Assembly: GCF_009914755.1 (NCBI RefSeq)
Contig: NC_060947.1
From: the human T2T-CHM13v2.0 reference genome, Homo sapiens
DNA length: 64,000 bases
Strand: one strand, 5' to 3'
Part shown: positions 43,893-58,887 of the stretch, one piece after another
How positions within the stretch are numbered: the first letter of the stretch is position 1
Layout of the letters: every line of letters begins with the position of its first letter
Program-made: the position numbers and the translations under genes
Notes under the pieces: generated by a model
What the model was told of the DNA's origin: nothing
What the model saw: the letters and a program-made list of their open reading frames with translations, nothing else
The model's database searches: none

Positions 43893-44880
43893 ATACACAT
43901 ACACAAACACACTCCCCATACACAAACACACAAGTTGCTGACATCATGGAACTTTACCCCCTAATACTTCAACGTCATGTATTCCCCAGGAAAAATAACT
44001 TTCACTTACATAACCACAAAATCATTAGCATATCCAAGAAATTTAAATGTGCATACAAATATTACCTACTATATCAACCATGTTTAAATGTCCCCAATAT
44101 TAGTCTATTAATGGTCTTTATAGTTAATTTTAATTGATTTAAAACATAATAAAAACATCAATGATTTTAAGGTTCAAGCCAATTATTTTGTAAAAATGCT
44201 ACACACTGGATTTGTCTGTTTCCTCATTATTAAATTCAGGTTAAACATTTTTAGTAAGATGACTACATAGGTGATATTGTGTATTTGTATAACATCAGGA
44301 AACACATAATGACAATTTGACCCATTATTGGTGATGCTTAATTTGATTGGTCACCTAGATAATGTCTACCTCCAAAAGTACCTTTCTCTCTTGTAAACGT
44401 ACCTTCCCCTCAGAAATAAATAAGTGAACTGGGGGGTGATAATTTAAGGCCATGTGAATATATTGTTTCCCAACATCCTTTTTCTCAATAGTGAAGCTAA
44501 ACTAAAATTAGAATGCATTAATGACCCTTGTCTGAATTAGTCATTACATTGTGGTTGCAAAATGGTGATTAATTCTATTGTTTTGTCAATATTTATTAGC
44601 TTGAATTTTTCTTTAAAAAAGCTTCCTTTTAAAAGCTTTCCTATGAAAGAAAATTTCAAAGATACATAAAATAGAAGAATATAATGAATCCCCATATATT
44701 CATCATCCAGCCTCAAGAGTTACTGACATTTTGCCAGTTTTGTTTCATTGAAGTTTTGTGTTGGCGTGTTTATTTTTCTGGAGTATTTTAAAGCAATTTC
44801 CAGAGATCATATATTTTCACCATAATGTACTTCAGCCTATTTTTATAAAACACACACAATTTAACTAAACTCTATTATCT
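43750..44880 (-). mobile_element. L1MC/ME-type fragments with an embedded (CA)n at 43857-43930
   Basis: aagttgctgacatcatggaactttacccctaatacttcaac...aaattcaggttaaacatttttagtaagatgactacatagg. Confidence 0.7.
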
Positions 44881-45812
44881 GTTTTCGTATTAGATTAGAA
44901 GTAAGCAATTTAGAATATAGGGAGATGTTGGTGACAAGCAACATGAGAGCAATAAGTTTAGCAGCTCATAGTAAAATAGTACAATCAATGAAAAGGTAGA
45001 CATGCCATATGGTTGAATGCTAGAGTATAATATTGCATGTTTATGATGATAACCCTGATTTATCCAGAAGAAAGTTGTGTTTAGTGTTTGATAACTTTTG
45101 TATAAGAAGACAAGTGCAAGTATAATTGATTTTATAAAGCCCTGCAGACAGAAATTCATAAAAATACTTAATAAAAAATTTACAATTAGTACAGGGTTTT
45201 GCACTTGAATGGGTAACCTTTAGTACTTAGGAAATTAACCCATAATGCCCTATAAATGAGACAGCATTGTGCATTAAAAAGTATAAATATAACATAGATT
45301 TATGTTAAGCCCTGATACCTAACATGGAAATAAAATTTTCAAATAGGGATATAAAACATGTGAATATCTGAATCACAAAACTTGTCATTTAACTGTAAAT
45401 ACTCCCCAGCTATCAGTAGTCAGAGTTATACTAGATGGATTTAGGGCTGACTGAATCTGTTGGTAGGTCTAGATCATTTAATAGTGTGAAACTCAGAAGC
45501 TAACTGTCAGAATATCTAGGTGTTAAGACAGACCAAGCCAAGCCTCAACTGAATGGAAGAGCCATAAACAGGAGTTAAGCTGATAGGCCATGTATATGCT
45601 TTAAAAAATTCTTCACATAGAGGTCTTTATAACTCAATCCTTAAAGTAAAATGTCTAGTGACATACTATTGAAGATGAGCAAAAACTCATCATCCAGTAC
45701 TTTACAACAAAATGGGAGTGCTTCCTCTAAGACTTTTTCCTGAACTGATGCCCATTTCCAGAAATGAAAACATGCTGACTTTTTGAAAGTGCTATATGTG
45801 GCTTTAAAAGTC

Positions 45813-46116
45813 TTTTTTTTTTTTTTTTCTGAGTCGGAGTCTTGCTCTGTGGCCCAGGCTGGAGTGCAATGGTGCAATCAGCTCACTGCAACTTTGGCCT
45901 CCCGGGTTCAAGCAATTCTTCTGCCTCAGCCTCCTGAGCAGCTGGGATTACAGGCACATATGACCATGCCTGGGTAATTTTTGTATTTTTAGTATTTTAG
46001 TAGAGACGGGGTTCCATCATATTGGCCAGGCTGGCCTCAAACTCCTGACCTCGTGATCCGCCCATCTTGGCCTCCCAAAGTGCTGGGATTACAGGTGTGA
46101 GCCACCTTGCCTGGCC
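45813..46116 (-). mobile_element. Alu (AluS-like)
   Basis: Antisense dimer with poly-T; flanked by aaaagtc on both sides. Confidence 0.95.
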
Positions 46117-47524
46117 CAAAAGTCCATCTTATAAGTAACAAAGTGATGTTGGAACCTTGCTCCATTGTAGAATTAAAACTGTGGGATAACACAAAGGTGG
46201 CCAATAATTTGGTATTTGGAATATTAAACAAAGAAGAAAGATCAGAAGGAGCTGGGGAAATCCTATACTGCAGTTTTCTTCTGAATTAAAAAAAAAAAGT
46301 TAATTAACATTTTGGCCCAGGGTGTTTAGATTCCCTCCCCTTTTTAAAAACAAATAAGTTACTTTCAGGAAATTTACACCAAATGGGAAGCGTTATTAGA
46401 AGAGAAAGATAGCTTCATTTGTCCCAAGTCATTACAACCATTTTGCTGGTGAATTGGAGTGATTTTCTGAGAAAAGTGGAAAAAGCCACTTAACTGTAGG
46501 TTACTCTGAGGATGGAAACTAAGTTGATTTCCTCTTGAGAATGGAAGAGCCATGACAGGAATTTGAAATAAGAGAGGGGCATTTCAAAATTTACAATTTT
46601 GAAAGTGAAGAACTATTCAATTTTGAGCAACAAGATTTTATAGCCATACTATCGTTTGTCTGATTAAAATGGATAAGATCATGAAAGTTGAAGAGACAAG
46701 GTATCATCTTTCTGCCTGTTGAAATCTGTGACAGCATAGGTAAGATAAGAGAAAGGCTGATGAGATGGTAAGGTCAATGACGTTTATGGTAGAGCATCCT
46801 GGAGCCTGATAGATGAATAGAATATAAAATACAGGAAGTGATTTTAAAATATGGCTAAAACTTCTAAAGGGAAATAGTTTTAAAGTGAGTCCTGCAGACC
46901 CGTAGCGTGGAAAGAGTGAAGAACAAGGTTTGTGGCAACCAGTATTTGTCAGAAACCATAGCGTCTCCTGAAGGAAGTGTGGAGCATGTAGGTTTGGGTA
47001 AGTATTTTTCTCCTGGTTAATGAATATAAAATTGGAATACTTTCTGGGAACATCCTTACTACCTGTAATATACACAGGTGTGTCTTGCTTGTGTTCAATG
47101 CTGCTCTATTAAAATTAATGTTTCATTTACTTAGATTTATACACTACAGGGAAGAAATGAAACACAAACTTAAAATCATTGGCAGAAATCTCTGTGTGTA
47201 TTAAAATCTGTTGTGCATTTCACCATTTTAAATTTAGTTTTTTCTAATGATAAATGTAATCTACACAGTCACTGTGCAAAATTTTTAAGCGTTAAGATGT
47301 ATGTAGAAATAGAAAAGTAAAAGAAAAGCAAATCCCACCCCTCAGAAATATAACACTTTTTTGGCATATTTTCTTCTAGTCTATTTTTTCTTAATTTTGG
47401 AAGAAACATATTCCAGACACGGGAAAGTAAAGAGGATAATAGATTGCCTTATACTCAACCACTGAGTTGTAGCAAATGTTAAGACTGCCACATCAAGTTC
47501 AGATTCTTTAAAAAAAGAAATAGT

Positions 47525-48750
<1,226 letters not shown>

Positions 48751-48871
48751 TGAAGCAGAGATGATGGTGAGCAAAATAACTTTGAAATATTGATAGTTCA
48801 CATATTTAGTTGCTCATTTATCAAGTATTTGTTAAGCATCTACTATGTGTCAAGCACTATTACAAGTTCTA

Positions 48872-49066
<195 letters not shown>

Positions 49067-49737
49067 TCATGGAAATTAATATTAGTCGGTGAAATGAGCA
49101 AAGAAAAAGCAAATGCACATTTACATAATATTATGTCACAGTAGTAAGTGCAAAGAGAAATAAAGCTGGTTCAGGGGGTATAGAATGAAAGGGAGTGGTG
49201 GACTATTTAAATAGGGCGGTTAGGGATTACCCTTTTAAGAAGTAATAATAAAACAAAGAGCTGAATGAAGAGATGAAATGAATGACGTCTGTGAGTAAAC
49301 CCTTCCAAGACAATTCTACATGGATAGGCACATGTAGAAGTCTTGAAATTACAGAGTTATCAGGGTGTTTGAGCAAAATCCAGGAAGCCATTGTGGCTGC
49401 AGTGAAGTGAGTGAGGGGTAGATGATATGAGAAAGGTAAAGGTTAGCAGGATGGAAACTAAAGATTGAGTGAATACTGATCTCCATTAGACTTTTTGTTG
49501 TTGTTGTAGCTTTTTTTCTCGTTCCACATTTTTACAGATGAGCTGGATCAATTTAAATCGCTCAGACTAAAATGGACATCTACCATTCTGTGACCTATGT
49601 GGTAGTATTACCACTATTTTTTTTAGATAAGAAAACAGAAAAGTGAAGCAACTCACCCAAAATAATAGAACAAGGGGATTTGTGCCTAGGCCTTTTCACT
49701 ATTATGTCCTAGTTCCACTAAGGAATAAAGGACAATG

Positions 49738-49940
49738 CTAGTGGTTCTTCAACATTAGAGTGCATAATAGTTACCTATGGTATTTGTTTAAACTGCAAAT
49801 TACTAAGCCCCATCTCAAGAGATTCAGATTCATTAGATCTGTAGTGGGTTTGAGGAGTCTGCATTTTACTAAGAACCACAATCTCACCTCATGATATATG
49901 ATGCAGGTATTCCAGGGACCACATATTGAGAAAAGCTGGC
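49738..49940. mobile_element. MER5-type DNA transposon
   Basis: agtggttcttcaacattagagtgcat...gattcagattcattagatctgtagtggg...gggaccacatattgagaaaagctg. Confidence 0.75.
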
Positions 49941-50779
49941 TACGCCAATAAGTCAGATTTGGATCTAGAAGTTTTATACAGAAGGAATAGTTGTAAGGCA
50001 AGATCCAAATTAATGATGAGATGGCAGAGGTAAAAGTCAGTTAGATTGAAAAACGCAAATGGGCGGAGATTAGTCTGGAAGTAAATGTCAGAGAACCCCC
50101 TAAAGATAGCTGAGCTAACTAAGGAGAGTTTCGAAAACATTTGTGGAAATCATAATCATTTGGGAAGCTTTAAACATATGTAGATTCCCAGAGTTCACCC
50201 TAAATACTTTTTAACAATCTCAGAGAGACGAAAGGGAGTGCTAGAAAGGAACCCAAGTACTCTGGATATCAGCCAAGGACTAAAATCCATTAGGATTAGC
50301 AGTCAACCATTGAGAGACTGGGCTGTAGCACATAAAAATCCAGCCATGAGATACAGATACAGCTCAAGAAAGTCAGAATCACAAAGGACAGAGTCAAGCC
50401 CACTAGGGCTAGAATAAGACCGCAGCAGGAGTGACCTGAAGCTGTCAGAGATCTTTTGAAATAGGAGCTTAAGTGCTGAGGTAGGATTGAGTCGTTATGA
50501 GAAAAAAAATAATAAACCCATTCGCTGGGAATAGAAGAGGCTAGGATGGGGAAGAGGCAAGCTAACCAAAATGATTCATTTAATTTCTCTTTATGCTTTA
50601 TGATAAGCTGAAAACATGTTTTTTACTTTTACTCATTCATTCTTCTGCTGAAAGGAGATAACAAAAAAGAGAGTTTTTCCTGATTGACATTTTTATTTGA
50701 TTTCATGCAAGCATCATTATATTAACATGCTAGTATCTCTTTCAACAATAATCTTTACTCCCTTTGTTTTTATTTGCAG

Positions 50780-50807
50780 GTTTGGGTGGGGATAAATGGA
50801 TCAAACT
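50780..50807 (+). other. Candidate 28-nt microexon, possibly carrying a start codon (ATG GAT CAA ACT)
   Basis: Acceptor ctccctttgtttttatttgcAG|G, donor ACT|GTGAGT; long non-repeat flanks. Confidence 0.55.
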
Positions 50808-51786
50808 GTGAGTATTACTGTGAGAGTTTTTATTTTGACACAGCCTGCACTGTACCATTCAGCATCCTAAGGATGTGGACTGTTTTTTACATCAATATAA
50901 TGTTGCAGCCTTCCCCTCCTTTCTCTTTACCCCTCTTTCTGGATTCTTCCATATTTATCTCATTCTTTTTATTCCATGGTAATTGTACTGTTTCCTTCAG
51001 TTTATTTAAAACTTTTCAATGCGTAGGTATGTTTGGCATACAGTGTGAACATGTAAAAAATTGAATGTATGGAAATGAAAAAGAGTAACACTTATTATAA
51101 TGTAGCTACATGTTTATAAAATCTAAGAACTAAAAGCTAGTGGGGGTCCAAAGAGCAACAAAGATTATTTGCAGCTGTTTTGGGAGTTTATTTTAATGTT
51201 GGATTTTCTGTTGTTTTTGTTGCTCTTTTGAATTGTCACCTGCAAACGCAGTCCCGTTGAAACAGATCCAGGGTATCATAACCACGCAACACTTACATTA
51301 GAATAATAACCAACTCTCCCTTGTTTTGAGTTCTATTCTACCCTTATTTCCACTCAAGTCTCATTTTAAAATTCATAATCTAAACATATCTTCAGGATCT
51401 TATTTTCAATATAAATAACAATAGATATTAACATAGTCAATCAGATTTTTCACATGATGCCCAAGAGAAAATTCTAATGTTGAAAATGTTTTTTCATTAC
51501 ATTTTAATGAGGAAATAGTGCAAGAAAGTTTTGTATACTGGGATTTTACCAAAATAAGTATTGCAGGATCCTGTGCCTAACCAGAATGACAATCTAAATG
51601 TAAAAATCCGTAGCTTGGTGCTTTCTCCCCAGAGAATAACTCCGCCGTCCCTTGGTAGATACGCGGCCAATGCTGCAGTTTCCCTATTGAATTGTGGGAT
51701 TATTAAGTGGGCATGTGGCCAAGTCAAGGCAAGAAACTCATTTGGCAAAGGGCAGAAGAGAGGCCTCTTCTGTTTAATAGAATGCT

Positions 51787-51791
<5 letters not shown>

Positions 51792-51818
<27 letters not shown>

Positions 51819-51836
51819 GTTTTGTTTTGTTTTGTT
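51792..51836. repeat. (GTTTT)n microsatellite
   Basis: Directly visible. Confidence 0.95.
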
Positions 51837-52154
51837 GCTTCTCCTTTCCCAGAGGTAGCTACTACAGCTGTGGATTTTTGACTCATTTGCTACAGTTTCA
51901 AAGAACTGTGTCCATAACAAAATCCACCATCTTTCCCTCTGAAGTGGTTCAAGTGGTTCTTTCTTCTCTTGTTTCTAATTTTAATGACTGTTACCACACA
52001 GTAATTAGGGGTTCCTGGGCAGCTGTTTTTGCTTGACAGCTATTTTTGTCTCCTAGAAACAATGGATTAAATAATCCTGTCTCCCTGGATTTGAAAATTA
52101 GATTTCATAATCCCAAGAGAAGATGTAGAATATTTACATCTATTACTTTAAATG

Positions 52155-54150
52155 TCAGCTTTTGGAAGTGTTATTTATATACAATAAAACACAGCCATTT
52201 TAAGGGTACAGTTTGAAGTGTTTTGACAAATGTATTTACCCATGTAACCACCATCCCCATCATGACTTAGGACATTTTCATCAACCCTAAAACTTCCCTC
52301 AAGACCCTTTGCAGTCCCCCATTTCCTACTCCAGGCAACATTCTATCATTCTAGATTAGTTTGACCTCTTCTTAATTGTAATATAAAAGAGAATCTTATC
52401 CATGTATACTCTGGTGTCCATCTTCTTTTGCTCAGCATAATGATTGTTGGCACTATCCATGCTATAGCATGTGCCAGTAGTACATTATTTGCTGTTGCTG
52501 AAGAGTAAACCATTACATAATTATATCACATATTATTTTTTCTATCTTCTTGTTCATGAGCATTTGACTGTTTCCAGAATTTCGCTACTATAAGTTGCCA
52601 TGAACATTCACTTACAAGTCTCTCTGTGGACATATGTTTGCATTTCTCTTGGGTAAATATCTAAAAATGGAATTGCCAGATTACAGGGTAAGTGCATGCT
52701 TAACTTTATAACAAATGTCAAAATTATTTTTCAAAGTGGTTGTAGCATTTCATACTCCTACCTGCAATGAATAAGATTTCCAGTTGCTCCACATCTTTAC
52801 CAACACCTGGTTTTGTCCGTTGTTTTGCTTTATAATTTTTAGTGGCGTTTAGTGGTACCTCATTGTGTTTTAAGTTGACATTTCCCTGATGAATAGATTC
52901 TTAACATATTTTCATTTATTAATTGGTCATCCATATATTTTCTTAGATGAGGTGTCTGTTAGTTTTTAATTAGGTTGCTTATCTACTTTTTATTAGGTTG
53001 TATAATTTATATATACTGATACAATTCTTTTGTCATATACATACTACGTATTTTTCCCTCCTCCTTTTCACATACCTTGTATTTTTCATATTCTTAACAA
53101 TGTCTTTCAAATAACAAATGTGTAAACAAAAGCTCTCTGAAAAGGAATTTAGAAGAAAGATATTTTATTGCAATGAACACTTTGCAAACCAGGAAGACAC
53201 AGCATTCAGTGTAAAATGAAGGTGATTTCCAGAGAACAAGGAGATGCTTTGGGTTTTATAACAGAAGTTCCTGCCCAGGTTCCCAATAAGGTCCATTTAT
53301 GCAAATGAGGGATTGAAACTTACTTAGTTATGATTGGTCAGCACAACTAAGCACTGATTGGTTGATACAGTTGGATCCTGACTGGCTGGGGTAGGTAAGC
53401 TCTGATTGATTGGTTTCCAAGTCCCAAATTAGATGTCTCTGTCAGATGTTTGTTTCAATAATCCAGTTGTGGGGGATGTTCTGGCAGCAGTTTTATCTTG
53501 GCACTAACAAACAACATAAACTGGTTCAGATTAATTGTAGAAAGGGAGGTCCTGTGATACTTTCACAACATCTTTCTGAGAACACAGAATATGTGACCAA
53601 TACCTCACCCAGCCATGGCTCTCTACTTCTGTTTAAATTTTGAGCTCCTCAGTTAGCCATGTGGAGTCCATTTTGTCTGCCCCTGGTGTTTCATGGTATC
53701 TTATTGTAGTATTAATTAGACATTCCCCTAATGAATAGCTTCTCAATATATTTTCACTTACTAATTGGTCATCCATATGTTTTCTTATATAAACTGTTAT
53801 ATTTTAATTGGGTTTCATGTCTACTTTTCATTAAATTGCATGATTTATTTATATATAATTATACAAGTGTTTTGTCAGATATATACCACACATATTTACA
53901 TGCCCTCATATACCTTGTCTTTTTTATTTTCTTAATGTCTTTCAAATAACTGATGTTTTAAAATTTTGATTAAGTCCAGCTTATCATTTTTTATAAATAG
54001 TACTTTATAAATCCTTTATATGTCTAATAAAATTTGCCTATTCCAAAGCTGTGAATATTTTTTCTATATTTACTTCTAGCTAGCTTTTATTGTCTGTGAA
54101 TCCTTTTTGAATTTATTTTTTATGTATGATGTAAGGGTTGAGAATTTTTT
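52155..54150 (-). mobile_element. L1MB/MC-type 3' region interrupted by an LTR
   Basis: cagctttt...tttgacaaatgtatttacccatgtaaccacc...ccagttgctccacatctttaccaacacctgg. Confidence 0.8.
53119..53683 (-). mobile_element. ERV1-type LTR (subfamily not assigned)
   Basis: Antisense poly(A)/TATA-like motifs (ttttatt, ttttata), ATGCAAAT and repeated gattggt motifs, ends ggagtccattttgtctg. Confidence 0.65.
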
Positions 54151-54604
54151 TCCAAACTGACTTCGATATATTTTTTAAAACATGCAATTTTTTTCAAATG
54201 TAAAATATGTTTAGTGAAGATAATTTGGAAAACAAAGAAAATCATAAAGGGAAAATAAATGCCTATAATTTCAAAGCCTCAAAAAACAACTGTTCATAGT
54301 TATCTGTTTTGCTTTAATCATTTTTCTTCTGCTTATATATGTGTACAGTTTTTATCATTAAGGGAAGCATCGGATTCTTTGTGTTATTCTGTAGCCTAAA
54401 TTTTGCAATAGGAAATATATTGTTTTTCTGTATTAATAATGGTTCCTCTATGGCATGCTTTTTAATGGCTGGGCTGCATTGTATTTCATCATATGGATAT
54501 TCTAGTATTTATTCTACCACTTCTTGATTTTTATGCATTTGGGTTATTTCATTTATCTATTGATTTATTTTTGCCATTATAAATAATAGTGTGATTAACT
54601 TTGA

Positions 54605-55190
54605 ATTTTTTAAATAAACTTTACTTCTATAACAGAAAAATTGCAACTATATTACATGTACCCACAGATTCCCCTATTATTATCATTCTACATTAGAATG
54701 AAACACGTTGCAATTAATGAACCAACTATGGATTTTTATTAACTAAAATTCCTACTTTATTCAGATTTATCTATTTATTTTTTCCTAATTCTTTTTTTGT
54801 TCCAGGATGTCATCTAGAGTATCATGTTACATTTAGTCGTCAGTTTCTAGTTAGGCTGCTCTAGGGTGTGGTAGGTTCTCAGAATTTTCTTGTTTTTGAT
54901 GGCCTTGACGGTTTCCATCTATTGGGATGTCTGATGTCTTTCTCATGATTAGACTGGGATGTGCTTTCTTGGGAGGAAGATCATGGAGGTAAAGTGCCAT
55001 TCTTATTATATCATGCCAGGAGTACATATTATCAACATGATTTATGACTGCTAATGTTGACCTTGATAGACTGGCTGAACTGTAAGCTTTCTCCATTGTA
55101 AAATTCTTCTTCTTTTCCCTGTTCTATACTGTATTTATTTGAAAAAAAAAAAGCCACTCTTTACATCCCACACTTAAGAGACAGAGAATA
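54605..55190 (-). mobile_element. L1MC/MD-type 3' fragment
   Basis: ttgttccaggatgtcatctagagtatcatgttacatttagtcgtc...gggaggaagatcatggaggtaaagtgccattc. Confidence 0.75.
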
Positions 55191-55599
55191 TGAATCTTTT
55201 TAATATAAACTTTTGCCTATTTTTTTCTTAAAATTAGTTTCTAGAAATAAAATTGCTTGGTTTAACATTTGGGCGTCTTTAATGATACTATCAATTATTT
55301 CATTAAAAATGATATAAGATCAGAGAAAAGATAGAACACCACAAAATGTGGAATTTAAGAGAAAAAGATCCATTTTCTCTTCTTTCATCCACAACACTTT
55401 GGTGTATATCCTTCCAAATTCTATATACTCATGTCACGTGTACACACATCTAAACCCACATGCACACAGATGACTTCGCACACTGTACACACTCCACATA
55501 TACCCTCCACATCCTGCAAACTTTGCACATTGCTCACATTCACACAGGGTTTTTGAAAACATATTGCTTTGCAATTACTTTTTCATTTGCTACTAAAGC

Positions 55600-55835
55600 A
55601 GTAGATTGCATTACTTAAAAATGTAGGCTATGGAGCCAGACCACCTGGGTTTTAATCCAGGTTCTGCCTTTTGCTACCTGTGTGACCTTGGGCAATTTAC
55701 TTAACTTCCCTGCGTCTGAAATTTATCATAAAGCCATTAGGAGATGATTAAATGAGAACATACATAGAGAACTTAGAACAGTGCCAGAAGTAAAGCACAC
55801 TCTCCATGAATATTTTAGCTATTTTTATTATTGTC
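55600..55835 (+). mobile_element. MIR SINE
   Basis: ggagccagaccacctgggttttaatccaggttctgcc...tgtgtgaccttgggcaatttacttaac. Confidence 0.85.
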
Positions 55836-56629
55836 ATCTTTTCATGTAATTACATAGGATCTTACCTTATTCTTTCCAGTGACAGCATATTATACCATTA
55901 GAAAAATATGCTAATTTATATAACAAATCTTCTATGGATTTGGATGCCTTATTTGTTTTAAACTAGATTTTGAAATTAAAATAATATCAACGCATTATTA
56001 AAATAAACTGTAACTCAAATCATCTAAGTAATCTAAAATTTAAAGTAAACTCATTATACTTTTTTCACTCCCCAGAGGTAAACACTTTTAAAGAGTTTCT
56101 GTATTTTAGTCTTACTAGTGGTAACCATTATAAATTTAAATAAGTCTTTATTTCTCTTTCTCAATATATAAGTTTTAAACAGTCGATGTCGACTATCCAC
56201 TGTGAAAGGTTGCAATTTGCTGTGCTTACACAAACTCTCCACTTCCATGGTGACACCATGGAGAAGGAAATGTACTCTTCTGTCTGTCACACAACAATGT
56301 CACAAGCATGGAAAAGGGCTATGGACATATTAATTTATTTCCACATATATTTACTTATTCTAGGTCATACAAAGCTGACAGTGTTTTTTACATTTTTGTT
56401 ATTTATAATATATATTATCAAACCTACCTGGAGAAAGACTGTACCAGTTTATCTTCCAACCAGCAGTTTACAAGAGTGCCTATTTCCCTGCATTCTTGCC
56501 AATAGTCATATATGATAATTTTTTTAAAAAATGCCTATTTGGTAGATGACTGATGATACCAGATTTTTGTGCTTACTCGATTACTAGTGAAGTTGAACAT
56601 AATTTTATTCTTTAACTGGAAATGCAATA

Positions 56630-56870
56630 TACCATAATGATTAAAAGCCAGCTCAGGAATAAGAGACCTGGACTCAGCTACCAACACTCTGTGATCTAAG
56701 GCAAGTGAGCTCACCCTTCTGAGGCTCGGTTTACTCATATGTCAAATGTGGATGATTACACTATACTCATCATAGGATTATTGTGAGGACCAAATGGGAA
56801 AATTCTTATACTTATGAGCACAATGTTTTGCATATCATAAGGTTTAAGTAGACATTGATTCTTGTTAGTT
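56630..56870 (+). mobile_element. MIR SINE
   Basis: ctctgtgatctaaggcaagtgagctcacccttctgaggctcggtttactcatatgtcaaatg. Confidence 0.8.
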
Positions 56871-58259
56871 TGTGTGTATTGTTTTATTCCATCACTTTTT
56901 CATGTCATTTACTGACTTCTCATGTTTTATTGACTTGAAATAGCTCTTAAAATACTTAAGTTATTAAACCTTTGTCACAAACGTTGCACCCTTTTTTTTC
57001 CTGGTTTGTAGTTTGCCATTTATTTTTGTTCATAATGCCTTGACATCAAAATATTTAAAGATGATATAATCATAGCTATTGTATTCCTTTATGGATTCTG
57101 CCTTTAATGTTCTGCCAAGAATTACCTTTCCCAGTCTAGGTTTTACACACCTATGTATATGTTCTTATATTTTAGTTTAATTTTTTAACATATAAGTATT
57201 TAATTCATCTGGAATTCATGATTTAGAGAGGTTAATGTTACCTCCTTTATCAATGAACAGCTAGCTTTTCTAACACTATTGATTGAATAATTGATCCTCA
57301 TCTCAATGATGTGAAATACCGATTTTATTGTATAAGAATTTATAATAAATATATAGATCCTATCTTGATTTTTTTACTCAGTTCAATTTCTGTCTTTTTC
57401 TTGCCATATCCAGTTCATTTTCATTTAGCATATCTCATAAAGCAAGTGACCTTCAGCACTATTCTTTCTAATATTAACCTGGTTAATATGACATGCTTAT
57501 TTTTCCATATGCATTTTAAAGTCATTTGTTGAATTAAAAAACATGTCATAGGGTTTTGATTAAATGTATACATAAATCTAGGAATAATTTTTATCTTTAT
57601 AAAATTGAATCTTCTCATGTAGGGGCACTGTGTCTCTTTCTCTTTGTTCAATTTTACTTGTTCCTTCATCTGAATCTAAATGAAAACTTAAACTCCACAC
57701 ACCAACTGTCAAACCCTTCCAGACTCAATAGCAAACACTTCTGGGCCCATTTCAGCTACTATTCTTTTAACGAAGCTTTCTCCAACTTCTCTGATTAAAC
57801 AAGATAGTGAATTTCATGAAACACTAAATTTGTTTAGAATCAGAGACTGTGTGGTTTAGTAGATGTCTGATACATTTTAGGTGTGTCTGAACTACAATAT
57901 GTCCTGTACTACACAAATTACCCTAAATGGAATGCTTTCTTTTGGAAACTTGTATATAGGACATCTTATATATATTCAAGAGGAAAACTGAGTCCAGAAA
58001 CTGCATTCAAGTTGTGCTGCCTCTGACTACGTAATCTTGACAAGCTATATAATCTTTCTGACCTTTGTATATTCATCTATGGAAAATAAGAGGAAAGATT
58101 TTAAAAATACCTACTTCACTGGATTAAAGTATGACGTCCTATAGAAATATAAGTTTTTATCTCTTTATTCTTCATCTCTTATGAGAAACTTTTGATCTCT
58201 AAGCATTTTGTACAATTTGTAAAAATAGTGAACATATCTGGATTTTTCTTGTATAGTAC

Positions 58260-58887
58260 CGCAGATCCTTGAATAACATTGTTTTGTTCAACATGGTTTC
58301 ATTGATAATGCTGATGAGAGAAAAAAAAACAAAAACAATTTCTGACTGGGGCCACCGTCTGCATGGAGTTCCCACAGTCTACTCATCTGCTGGGTTTTCT
58401 GCAGGTACTCTGGTTTCCTCCCACATCCCAAATATATACTTGTTAGGGTAACTGGGATGTCTGACATGGTCCCAGTGTGTGTAAGCGTGGGTGTATGTGA
58501 ATGCGCCCTATGATAGAATGATGTCCTGCCCAGGGGTGGTTCCCTACTGGCTTCCTGAGCTGACAGATAGACCTCCCGTGACCCTAAAGTGGAAAAAGCA
58601 GGTAAATAATGATCTGACTGATTTTTTATTCATTGTTCTTAAATGTAGGTATACCGCACATTTATTTCAATAATATATTTCAATAATTGTGACAAACACA
58701 ATTAGAAGAAATTTGGGTCTTTATCTAGGAGTTTACTGATACTTTTGTTACCAGAGATATGCTGTAAGAACTTAACTCTTGTTTGTATTCATTAGCCTAT
58801 GGTAAGATTGGTTTGGTTATATGTCATTTTCCTTAAAGTCGCAGTTTCCAAGAACCTATCAACCACATTAGGTGAGGACTTATTGTA
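58260..58887. mobile_element. MER6A-like TcMar-Tigger DNA transposon
   Basis: gcagatccttgaataacattgttttgttcaac...gtactctggtttcctcccacatccc...gtcgcagtttccaagaacctatc...gtgaggacttattgta. Confidence 0.8.

Noticed and set aside
51497-52036. Three overlapping 106-129 aa ORFs
   Set aside because: Kept open by the stop-free (GTTTT)n repeat; low-complexity products.
57421-57669. ORF with L1 ORF2-like residues
   Set aside because: Degenerate L1M fragment, not a functional gene.
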